NCBI GenBank assembly: GCA_963837955.1 | Contig: CAWIPH010000002.1 | Coordinates: forward strand, 1,312,001 to 1,376,000 | Origin: an uncultured Verrucomicrobiae bacterium | GTDB lineage: Bacteria > Verrucomicrobiota > Verrucomicrobiia > Chthoniobacterales > JAFAMB01 | Direction of reading: 5' to 3' | DNA length: 64,000 nucleotides | Part shown: in pieces, positions 19,490 to 28,424 of the stretch | Position numbering within the stretch: position 1 is the first letter of the stretch | Layout: each line of letters begins with the position of its first letter | Program-made: the position numbers and the translations under genes | Notes under the pieces: generated by a model | The model's database searches: none | Seen by the model: only the letters and a program-made list of their open reading frames with translations | Told to the model about the DNA's origin: nothing

Positions 19490-20302
19490 ATGCGCCCCAT
19501 GCTAAAAGAGCTGGGCAAGAAGTTTCTCCGAGTTGGTTGCCACGCGCTCGCTTGGGTCGGATTAATCGTCCTGTTCCGGCTCTTTATTCTCGTTCTGCAA
19601 CACTCTCCTCCCGTCTCTCCCGAAAGCCCGCGCGTCGAGCCAAGGATTTTGCCTGGGATTTTTGATACGGTCGTAGTTGATCCAGGCCATGGCGGTACGG
19701 ACGAAGGTGCAGATGGTCACGGTCTGAAGGAAAAAAATATTACTTTGGACCTGGCCCACCGCATAATACCGAAATTGAACGCCCTCGGGTTCACGGCGAT
19801 CTTGACTCGAGAAGCGGACCAATTTGTCTCTCTGCCCGACCGAGTTGCCATCGCCAACGCCGTCCCAGGAGCGATCTTTATCAGCTTGCATTGTAATTTT
19901 TCTGACAACGTCAATGCCCGCGGTATTGAGGTATATCGGTGTGACTCCAAATCAGATGCATTCAACATCCGAGTGTCCCTGACTACCGGCAACGCTGAAG
20001 CGATCGGCGATGTCGAAAGTCGATTGGCTCAGGCGCTGGGTGATTCCGTGATGCAGCGATTGCACTGTGAAACTCGCGGATTAAAGATTGCCAATTTTTA
20101 CGTCGTTCGGAACATTGGCTTTCCCGCCGTATTGGTCGAATGTGGGTTTCTCAGCAACGCGGATGACGCCAAGCAACTAGCCGACGAGACTTATCGAGAG
20201 AAGCTCGCGCAGGCGCTCACCGCCGGAGTCGCTGCTTATCGCTCGCTTATGGGTCCAAATGGAGTAAAATCGGTGAGCATCGATCCAGATACCGGTCGAT
20301 GA
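19490..20302 (+). CDS. N-acetylmuramoyl-L-alanine amidase (Amidase_3)
   Basis: VVDPGHGG, EK, FISLHCN, AVLVECGFLSN; N-terminal TM. Confidence 0.93.
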   Translation: MRPMLKELGKKFLRVGCHALAWVGLIVLFRLFILVLQHSPPVSPESPRVEPRILPGIFDTVVVDPGHGGTDEGADGHGLKEKNITLDLAHRIIPKLNALGFTAILTREADQFVSLPDRVAIANAVPGAIFISLHCNFSDNVNARGIEVYRCDSKSDAFNIRVSLTTGNAEAIGDVESRLAQALGDSVMQRLHCETRGLKIANFYVVRNIGFPAVLVECGFLSNADDAKQLADETYREKLAQALTAGVAAYRSLMGPNGVKSVSIDPDTGR

Positions 20303-20312
20303 CTGCCTCCCG

Positions 20313-21125
20313 ATGAAAACGCTTCTGGTGCGCCGTGCCGCTAGAATCAGGTTCCCTCGAGCTGGTACCCTGATTTTGGGTAGTTTTTTTGCGTGGTCTG
20401 TCGTCACCTGGGCAGATGATCTGACTCGGGCTGTTCAAGAGCGGTTGAAAGATCGGGGATTTTATTATGGCCAAGTAGACGGCCAGGGTGGATCGGAGAC
20501 CTCGGCGGCAATTCGCCGCTACCAGATTCGATACGGCTTGAAAGTAAACGGTGATCTCAACCAGGAGACGCTGAATTCGCTTGGCCTATCTGCTACTAAT
20601 CTCCCGCCTGCCTCGTCCGCGACGCCACGTATGCCCGAGTCGAATCAACCGGGGGGAACTAATCGTCCCAATGCGACCCCTCCGCCGGCACAGCGCAATC
20701 GGGTCCCCTCAAACGGTGACGAAGAATATGTCGATCCACGAAACTATCCCTCGGATGGGGAGCCCAGACCGCGCAGCGAAACGATAAATTATCGGGTGAT
20801 GTACGCTGGAACGCTTTACGCCTTTGCTCCGGATCAAGTGCAGCAGAACGTCATGCGCGCAGTGCAAAACGAATTGGCCAGGTGGGGATTTTATCGTGCC
20901 GAGATTGATGGGAATCCCGGTCCGGAAACGATACAAGCGCTTCGCGAGTTCCAGCGACAACGCGGGCTTTGGCCGACCGGAAAATTAGATAACTGGACTT
21001 TGCGAGCGTTGCGAGCGTTTCCCGGACAGCGCAACGGCCCTCGGATCCGGAGACGGCCTATCGATCCTCGTTTTGGTCCGGATCCTTATTCTCGTGGGCC
21101 GCAGCAGGAGACTTGGGTCGACTAG
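20313..21125 (+). CDS. secreted protein with two peptidoglycan-binding (PG_binding_1) domains
   Basis: Two VQxxL..GFY.G.DG..G.ET..A.R.(Y/F)Q..GL...G.L repeats. Confidence 0.88.
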   Translation: MKTLLVRRAARIRFPRAGTLILGSFFAWSVVTWADDLTRAVQERLKDRGFYYGQVDGQGGSETSAAIRRYQIRYGLKVNGDLNQETLNSLGLSATNLPPASSATPRMPESNQPGGTNRPNATPPPAQRNRVPSNGDEEYVDPRNYPSDGEPRPRSETINYRVMYAGTLYAFAPDQVQQNVMRAVQNELARWGFYRAEIDGNPGPETIQALREFQRQRGLWPTGKLDNWTLRALRAFPGQRNGPRIRRRPIDPRFGPDPYSRGPQQETWVD

Positions 21126-21212
21126 CAAGGTGTATCACATGCCCGGGTAGGGCGACTTACCTTCCGACAAAGCCTCGCGGTAGCCGTGCCGCCGTCGGAC
21201 GCTGAGAGGAGT

Positions 21213-21443
21213 GTCGTCCCGCAGGGACGCAATGAAAGTAGCCCAGCACTTAGTGCTGGGTTAACATTGTGTGAAGAGCGGGTCCGTCCCGGTAGGGGAC
21301 GATCGAACCGTTGACCTTCAGCGGGAGTCGATCCCAGTGAACGTGGGCGGCGATCGATCGTCCCTCCGGGACGGACTGCCTTCAAAAAACGCTTACCCAG
21401 CACTTAAGTACTGGGCTACTTTCATCTGCGTCCCTCCGGGACA
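21213..21443. repeat. palindromic REP-like element, family B, copy 2
   Basis: GGGACGCAATGAAAGTAGCCCAGCACTTAGTGCTGGG ... CCCAGCACTTAAGTACTGGGCTACTTTCAT..CGTCCC. Confidence 0.8.
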
Positions 21444-21572
21444 ATTCCGTCAAGCCGCGCTGGATCTTACGATCTTTACCGCGACCTATTATGTCGGCGC
21501 ACAAGCATGGCCGCAGGCCCGTTTTCGTTTAAGCTTGCGTGGCTGGAGCAAGTGCTCTTCCGTAGCCGCCGA

Positions 21573-22868
21573 ATGGAAGCCACGATAGAGCGTTTGGGCG
21601 AAGGCCAATTTTTGTCTCCTCTTCGCCACGGTCACTTCGACAAATTTAAGTCTGACGACCAGCGCGTGTTGTTGGACGACACCATCAGAGGCACTCCGCA
21701 CGCCGCCTCAGCCAGTGAGGCGCCGCGGAGTTTTGAACTGGCTGGTCCGCGCGAGAAGCTATTTTTTGATCCTCCGAAAACCACCGCGGCAATCGTCACC
21801 TGTGGGGGCTTGTGTCCCGGTCTTAACGACATCACGCGGGGCATTGTGATGGAGCTCTACACGCGGTACGGAGTGACGCGTATCTACGGCATCCGCTACG
21901 GATACGAAGGATTAGTCCCCCGCTATGGCCACGTCCCCTTGACGCTCAAACCCGAATCCGTCTCCACCATTCATACCTTTGGGGGAACGATTCTTGGAAG
22001 TTCGCGCGGACCACAGAATATCGGCGAAATGATCGATCATCTCGAAGAATTGGGAGTCGATATCCTGTTTTTAATTGGCGGCGAAGGAACCTTACGCGGG
22101 GGCGAAGAAATGACCGCAGAGATTCGACGCCGCAATCTGAAGAAAAGCGTGATCGGCATTCCCAAAACCATCGACAACGACATCATGTATATCGACAAGA
22201 GCTTCGGCTTCGAAACCGCGTTTGCCGAGGCGGTGAAGGCGGTTTCTTCGGCTCATGTCGAGGCTCTAGGTGCCGTCAACGGAGTAGGCCTGGTGAAGCT
22301 CATGGGACGCGAATCAGGATTCATCGCCTGTTATGCTGCTTTGGCTGGTCAACACGTCAATTTCTGTCTGATACCGGAGGTGAGGTTTGCTTTGGAGGGC
22401 GAGCGAGGATTCCTGGAAATGCTTCGTCATCGAATCGCTCGAAGAAAGCACGCGGTGATTGTTGTCGCCGAAGGGGCTGGCCAGGATTTGCTGAAGGCAA
22501 GTGCGGAAAGGACCGACGCTTCCGGCAACCGCCGGTTGGGGGATATCGGCCTGGTCCTCAAAGATAGGATCAACGAATTTTTCACGGCCCGTCGAATGGA
22601 AATCAATCTGAAGTATATCGATCCCAGCTACCTTATTCGGAGCGTTCCGGCTTCTGCACAGGACAATGTGTATTGCACCCGATTAGCCCAGGCGGCGGCC
22701 CATGCCGGCATGACCGGGCGCACGAACATGCTGGTTGGGCGATGGCATGGGTCCTTTGTGCATATTCCATTCGGAGCGATCACTAAGGGTCGGCGAAAGG
22801 TAGATATTGATGGCGATCTTTGGTTGTCAGTTCTTGAGGCAACCGGACAACCAGCGCGAATGTTCTGA
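21573..22868 (+). CDS. pfkA: 6-phosphofructokinase (likely ATP-dependent, clade X-like)
   Basis: TCGGLCPGLND, GGTILGSSRG, GGEGT, PKTIDND, KLMGRESG, KYIDPSY; start could be 21507. Confidence 0.92.
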   Translation: MEATIERLGEGQFLSPLRHGHFDKFKSDDQRVLLDDTIRGTPHAASASEAPRSFELAGPREKLFFDPPKTTAAIVTCGGLCPGLNDITRGIVMELYTRYGVTRIYGIRYGYEGLVPRYGHVPLTLKPESVSTIHTFGGTILGSSRGPQNIGEMIDHLEELGVDILFLIGGEGTLRGGEEMTAEIRRRNLKKSVIGIPKTIDNDIMYIDKSFGFETAFAEAVKAVSSAHVEALGAVNGVGLVKLMGRESGFIACYAALAGQHVNFCLIPEVRFALEGERGFLEMLRHRIARRKHAVIVVAEGAGQDLLKASAERTDASGNRRLGDIGLVLKDRINEFFTARRMEINLKYIDPSYLIRSVPASAQDNVYCTRLAQAAAHAGMTGRTNMLVGRWHGSFVHIPFGAITKGRRKVDIDGDLWLSVLEATGQPARMF

Positions 22869-22972
22869 GAACAAGAACTCAGGGGTTCGGAAGTTCAAAC
22901 ATTCGCAGAATCAGTGAGTGTCGCAAAGCCGGCATCCTAGTCGTTCTAAGTGCAAGCCGGACAAAGCGTGCT

Positions 22973-23947
22973 CTACTCCTTGGACTCCTCAACTTCCGAA
23001 CTTATGAGCTCCTTGGGATGGGTCTTGAAAAATTGCCAGATCATTTGGGATGCGTTGAAATCAAGGCAGATATTTCCCAAGAAAAACATGTAAAAGGGGC
23101 GGGCGCTTCCTGGCCAAGTATGACCGCCACCAACCACGCGGCAAAGAATCACTTCCGCGTCATGTTTGCCGTCTGTCCATAGAAACTTTTCGGCATAACA
23201 ATCATCGTTTTGATTCGAGTCGGGCATGGGCAACTGAACATAGCGGCTCTTGCAGCTGTCGGCTCGGGACCAATATTCGACCGTCTCTTCGACGCCAATG
23301 ACTTCTCCGCCATCGTCGTTGACCTTCCCGCCCCCATAAGGAACCACCGGATCCGAAGTGCCGTGAATTTCCAGTACGGATACGGCCTCTTTTGGGCGAA
23401 ATTTTTTCGAAAAAGGAAATGCCAGTTGACCCGAGACGGGAGCTATCGCGGAGAAGATCGCCGACCGATTCGCCGCTAAGTAGTGACAAAAGATCGCTCC
23501 GTTCGAGAATCCAGTTGCGTAAATCCGATGCGGGTCGATCGGATAGTCGGCTTCTACCGTTTCCAGAATCCGATCCACGAAGGCGATGTCATCGATATCT
23601 TGCAGATAGGACTGAGCCGTTTCGTTTTCTCGGCCATCGTTCCAGTTCCCGTCAAACGCCTCGGGAAAGATAGCAATAAAATGGTTATCCTCGGCGATTC
23701 GATCAAAGTGAGTCAGATTAATAATGGATGCGGCGCCATGACCGGCCTCTTCAGTACCGTGGAAAACGAAGACGACCGGTACGGATCGCTCGAGATGAGA
23801 GGGCACGAACATCCGGAAAGTACGGTCTTGCCCGGAAAGCACCACTGTCGCGTTTCGAAAGGTGCCGGCAAAGAGGAGGGCCGGCGAAAATAGGGCATAG
23901 GTGAACAAAGCTCCGACACCAGAAAAAGAGGCGATCCTTAGGCCCAT
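22973..23947 (-). CDS. secreted PHB depolymerase/LpqC-like esterase
   Basis: FHG, WNDG, DDIAF, GFSNG nucleophile, HGTSD, GGGHTWPG. Confidence 0.88.
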   Translation of the reverse strand: MGLRIASFSGVGALFTYALFSPALLFAGTFRNATVVLSGQDRTFRMFVPSHLERSVPVVFVFHGTEEAGHGAASIINLTHFDRIAEDNHFIAIFPEAFDGNWNDGRENETAQSYLQDIDDIAFVDRILETVEADYPIDPHRIYATGFSNGAIFCHYLAANRSAIFSAIAPVSGQLAFPFSKKFRPKEAVSVLEIHGTSDPVVPYGGGKVNDDGGEVIGVEETVEYWSRADSCKSRYVQLPMPDSNQNDDCYAEKFLWTDGKHDAEVILCRVVGGGHTWPGSARPFYMFFLGNICLDFNASQMIWQFFKTHPKELISSEVEESKE

Positions 23948-24228
23948 TAGATTCCCGCGATGCAATGCACAGAGTCCGCTTGAGCGGCGGATGATATTTA
24001 TCGAGCTTTTGGTCGTGAGCAAACGGGAAGGGACGTTTTCTGCATCGCGGGTCCTTTCATTTGTATTACCGTCGCCTGTCCCAAGAGTTGGTAGGGCGAA
24101 AATTTATTTGAGCCGGGAACCCTTGAGCGGCTCACGCCGAGCGTTCGCCGTATCCGCCTCCGCTACGGCGAGGCAGGCCGATCAGGGGTAACCGCGATGC
24201 GAACCCCTCGAATCTGCTAACTTTTCAC

Positions 24229-24675
24229 TCACCAAAACACCGCGGGGAAACGAGAATTATTGCTTGCGACGGTGCTCGAAGGAGCGAAAAAGACACCGAT
24301 AACTCCAGAGCCGGGATGGATAGCGTGAGCAAACGCGGTTGCGGATTTGCTGGCCGGCCAAATGCGCCTGCTTCCCTCCTCGGGTGAGTAGGAGAAAAAG
24401 GTTCCATGCAAATCGAAGATCAAGTAATGAGCGAGGACCTCGCCGTCAGAGTTTTGAACTTCGAGTAATCTCTTCCAAACGGTCGGTGGCAACTCATCAT
24501 GGGCCAGCAAGAGGTTCCTGACCGTGTCTTTCACCTGAACCCGTCTATTGGCGTCTTCTGAAGTCGATTTTGTGACCCTGTGGCGAGTACGTTGCGGCGT
24601 CGCGAAGATTCTTGGAGGCTGCGTAAGGAGAGCGATCAGAACGGGAAGACTAAGAAGAACAGGCAGCTGTTTCAT
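24229..24675 (-). CDS. secreted hypothetical protein, paralogue of 24681-25067 lacking the Cys
   Basis: Signal peptide MKQLPVLLSL...; WKRLLEV..HYLIF..FSYSPEEGSRR..ATAFAHAIHP. Confidence 0.65.
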   Translation of the reverse strand: MKQLPVLLSLPVLIALLTQPPRIFATPQRTRHRVTKSTSEDANRRVQVKDTVRNLLLAHDELPPTVWKRLLEVQNSDGEVLAHYLIFDLHGTFFSYSPEEGSRRIWPASKSATAFAHAIHPGSGVIGVFFAPSSTVASNNSRFPAVFW

Positions 24676-24680
24676 ACTTA

Positions 24681-25067
24681 TCAACGCTGTTGCGCAAACA
24701 AAGTGCGGTTCTTGGTGTTCTCCTCGACATACCAACCATAGGTAGCGCGCGGATCAATCAGTTGGGCAAGCGTCGAAGCGGTGCGGGCGCCGGTGTGAAA
24801 GCGTTGAGTCCCGTGGATACTATCGAAACAAAGGATTTCGTCAGCTCCGCCAGCATAGACCAGGTACACATGCTGAAGCTGGTGTGGCCCGTATCGAACG
24901 ACTAACAGACGGCTCCAGATCGCAGTGTCCAATTCAGATTGAGCTTTAGCAGCGACAATAAGGCAATCGTTGATCGCTCCGGATTCCGCGAGCGCCGGTG
25001 GGCCATCGAAGCGGGCCAAATACCCGGCGAAGCATAGGATAAGGGCAACAAGACGTTTCTTAGCCAT
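24681..25067 (-). CDS. secreted hypothetical protein with possible papain-like Cys-His-Asp triad
   Basis: Signal peptide; NDCL..WSRLLVV..QHVYLVY..ILCFDS..GTQR..ASTLAQLIDP. Confidence 0.68.
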   Translation of the reverse strand: MAKKRLVALILCFAGYLARFDGPPALAESGAINDCLIVAAKAQSELDTAIWSRLLVVRYGPHQLQHVYLVYAGGADEILCFDSIHGTQRFHTGARTASTLAQLIDPRATYGWYVEENTKNRTLFAQQR

Positions 25068-25427
25068 TTGCGATTTCGAAGGCCCATAATGGATAATAAT
25101 TTCCGGAAAGCCAAGCAGAAAATATCAAATATGGGAATAAGTCTCTACAGTATGGCGATTAGACTCTTAATAATTAGAGTATCTGAGCATTAAATCCTCA
25201 AAAATGCTGCTCTATGACGTATTTCGATGGGCAATCGTAATTCGACTAGATCGAGTTGAATCAACATTGATAATTCTACACGCTTCGTCCAATTGGAGAC
25301 TTTTCGCCGGTGCACCATGTCTTTGGGGCGAAAAGCTCCTGACGCCGATACGCGGTGGAACCGCTTTAGCCGTTTGGCTCGCGATTCCGGGAAATTGCCG
25401 GGACGTACCAGGTGAAGCGAAGCACGG

Positions 25428-26126
25428 CTAGGCGGCCGGCATGATCATTGAGGCCAGTCGCGCGAGAAATCGGAGTAGGTAAACCAAATACCCAATCAAC
25501 CCGCAAAACTGGAGAAGGCCCAGGACGAGATGGAATTGGGCTCTAACGAACAGGTCCGGAAAGCAAATGAGCAGGGCGGCCGCGCCGGCGTGAAAGCAGA
25601 ACAAGAGGGGGACAATCCAGCGAATGTTCTGGTGCTGGTCCCGGTGCAGATAGGCCAACAGATTTTCACCGAGTTCAGCGGATCGACTCGCTCGCGCAAT
25701 GAGCCGAGTATCCACAACGAACAATACCCAGACCACCGCGGAGAAGAGGGCGAGCAAAGCGTACCAGCTGAGGGGGTCGGCGATCCGGGTAAAAGCGACC
25801 GACTCAATGAGAGCTGCACCAAAGTAGAAAAAGTTGTGGCTGAAATCGAGAGGCCAACGGATCACTGTTAGCGTGTGTCCGATCGAGCGCGACCAAAAGA
25901 GAAAAATCAGGAGAAGGGCGTTCAACAGGTAAAGCAGTTGGTCCAAACGGAAGTGAATGAGCGGTTCCGCGGCATTCGCGCACAGGAAGGACAACGCTAC
26001 ACCCTGAATGATACTGGTCAGGGTCAACTCTATGTTGATCACCAAATTGTCTAACCGCTCGCGCTTCGAATCGTGGTCGGAAATCGTTTTCGACAAGAAA
26101 TCAGGCTCTTGGGAGGAGTTTGGCAT
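25428..26126 (-). CDS. hypothetical integral membrane protein
   Basis: 232-aa ORF with about 6 hydrophobic helices. Confidence 0.75.
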   Translation of the reverse strand: MPNSSQEPDFLSKTISDHDSKRERLDNLVINIELTLTSIIQGVALSFLCANAAEPLIHFRLDQLLYLLNALLLIFLFWSRSIGHTLTVIRWPLDFSHNFFYFGAALIESVAFTRIADPLSWYALLALFSAVVWVLFVVDTRLIARASRSAELGENLLAYLHRDQHQNIRWIVPLLFCFHAGAAALLICFPDLFVRAQFHLVLGLLQFCGLIGYLVYLLRFLARLASMIMPAA

Positions 26127-26289
26127 TGCCTAGTCGTTTAGCTCTCTGCACTTTACCAGTTTGAAATGGCGGGGGAACCTGGTTTTTATGTGTCTTACCC
26201 ATCTAACAATCAGAGGCGACAGCTGTGGTTGTAGATTGTTCAAAGCAACTTAAGGGTAGGAGCTCACTATGAGGACCGATCAATAAAGA

Positions 26290-28119
26290 ATGATCGTTGG
26301 GAAAACCAAAAGGCCGCGTAACGTCGACGCGTTTCGGGCCGCCGCTATCCTCTACGGCGATTGGGGCACTAGCAAAGCCTACGTGCTCGGATTGGCCTTT
26401 GCGGTGGCCGGCTACAGCTCGTTCTGGCTGATCTTGGCCATGTGTGTGCTGATGGCTCTCGTAGGCGTCAACTATATGGCCATCTGCCGGCATTACCCGG
26501 ATGGCGGGGGGGTGTATGCCAGCGTCCGCCATCGATCAGAGGTTATCTCCATTGTTGGCGCCTTTTTATTGATCGCTGATTACATTGTCACCGCGGCGAT
26601 AAGCGCGCTTTCAGCTTTCCAATATCTTGGCTGGCCAAACCCCGAGCTCTTCGCTGGTGCTGCCATCCTGCTCATCGGCGCTTTGAATTTCTTCGGACCG
26701 AAACACTCGGCCGGGCTGGCATTCCTTGTCTCGATACCGACGGTTATCGTTGTTATCGGCCTCGGTTGTTTTGTCGTACCCCATATCGGAGAGGCGATCC
26801 GGAATGTGCAGCCGTTGCACGGTGGATTGCTGAACAATTGGAATGGATTCGTCTCGATCGTACTGGCGCTTTCCGGAGTCGAAGCGATCGCCAATGCGAC
26901 CAGCGTGATGAAGCTGAACAAAGGCAGCACGGAAGAGCATCCCAACGTATCGCAGACGTCGACGCGGGCGATCAGCTGGGTAATGATCGAAGTCTGCATT
27001 TTCACTGCGCTGCTCGGTCTGGGTATGCATGCCTTGAATGGACTGCAGATTCATGGCGATAACGTCGATGCACCGGGAAGCCCTGGCGTCCGCGACTACA
27101 TGCTCAAGTACATGGGGCAGATATTTGTCGGCGGCGCCTGGGGCAATGCGGCAGGGCAAATTGCCGGCTTGTGTGTAAGTGTGGTTTTTGGAGTGTTGTT
27201 GCTCTCCGCCGTGAATACGGCCATCGTCGACCTCATCGCGATCTCGTTCCTGATGTCGCGAGATGGAGAACTGCCAAAACGATTCGAGCGCTTGAACGCC
27301 TTCGGGGTACCGACACTCGGGTTGGTGGTGGCGGCCGTTATCCCAGCTATTTTGGTGGTCGCTGTCAAAGATATGGCCGGCTTAGCAGATCTCTACGCGG
27401 TGGGTGTTGTCGGCGCGATCGCGACCAATCTCGGGGCTTCCTCCACTGATCGGAAACTGGATTTGGCCAGGTGGGAGCGAGTCCTCATGTTCTGCACCTT
27501 CTTGATCATGTCGGCGATCGAGATTTCGTTATTCATTGATAAGCCCAACGCCCGCCTCTTTGCCCTCGCTGTTCTCGCAGTTGGTCTGATCATGCACGGG
27601 TTGGCTGCCGAGCGGGCCACCAAGCGCCGCGCGGTCGAAGCCGGTCAGATTCCTCCACCGGAAAAGAAAGTCGCTACCTTCGCCAATTTCGTGAGTGCTG
27701 CTACTCGGGAAATGTCGGGCACACCGATGCTTTGTGCGGTTCGCGGCATTGGGCGCACCTTGGACTTTGCCATCGAGGAAGCGAAAGAAACAGATCGTCC
27801 GCTTTACCTTCTGTTCGTTCGCGAACAACCGGTAATGGCGCCGGGCGACCGCAAACGAAAATGGCCTGAGGACGAAGAAGCGAGCACGATCTTCAAGTAT
27901 GCAGGCGAGAAAGCGGACGGCCTTCGGATCTTGCCTTGTTATGCGGTAAGTGATTCGGCCGCAGACACGATCGTAGATATTGCGGCGACCGTGGGCGCGT
28001 CCCATCTCATCGTCGGGGCTCCACAGCGGAGCATGTTGGTCAATTTACTGCGAGGCAACATCATTAAAAACATCTCCGATATTTTGCCGGAAGAAATCCA
28101 TCTCCTGGTTTACGCATGA
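26290..28119 (+). CDS. APC-superfamily transporter with C-terminal USP-like domain
   Basis: About 12 TM, YPDGGGVY, LALSGVEAIAN; USP-like tail (LYLLFVRE..IVDIAA..LIVG..LLRGNI). Confidence 0.85.
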   Translation: MIVGKTKRPRNVDAFRAAAILYGDWGTSKAYVLGLAFAVAGYSSFWLILAMCVLMALVGVNYMAICRHYPDGGGVYASVRHRSEVISIVGAFLLIADYIVTAAISALSAFQYLGWPNPELFAGAAILLIGALNFFGPKHSAGLAFLVSIPTVIVVIGLGCFVVPHIGEAIRNVQPLHGGLLNNWNGFVSIVLALSGVEAIANATSVMKLNKGSTEEHPNVSQTSTRAISWVMIEVCIFTALLGLGMHALNGLQIHGDNVDAPGSPGVRDYMLKYMGQIFVGGAWGNAAGQIAGLCVSVVFGVLLLSAVNTAIVDLIAISFLMSRDGELPKRFERLNAFGVPTLGLVVAAVIPAILVVAVKDMAGLADLYAVGVVGAIATNLGASSTDRKLDLARWERVLMFCTFLIMSAIEISLFIDKPNARLFALAVLAVGLIMHGLAAERATKRRAVEAGQIPPPEKKVATFANFVSAATREMSGTPMLCAVRGIGRTLDFAIEEAKETDRPLYLLFVREQPVMAPGDRKRKWPEDEEASTIFKYAGEKADGLRILPCYAVSDSAADTIVDIAATVGASHLIVGAPQRSMLVNLLRGNIIKNISDILPEEIHLLVYA

Positions 28120-28424
28120 TTCTGAACACGGTAGCGGCGACTGTCCCGGCTAGACTCAGCGTTCGAAAGTCCGAGAGCGTTGGCGCGGAGCAACCGTTGT
28201 CGCAAATCACAAAACGCAGTCGCCATCGGTCTCTTTTTTTTAAGACGGGGACAGTAATTGTGAGGGAAGCTTTTTCGGCCTAACAGAGGCTGACCACACT
28301 CTCGATTCGGCGGTCCGGGAGGACACACCCTACCCGCGCTGGGCATGAACTGCCATGTTCCGCATCACCAATCAATGACCAATCACGTCTCACCAATCAC
28401 CTCTCACGTCCATCCTCCCTTTCC

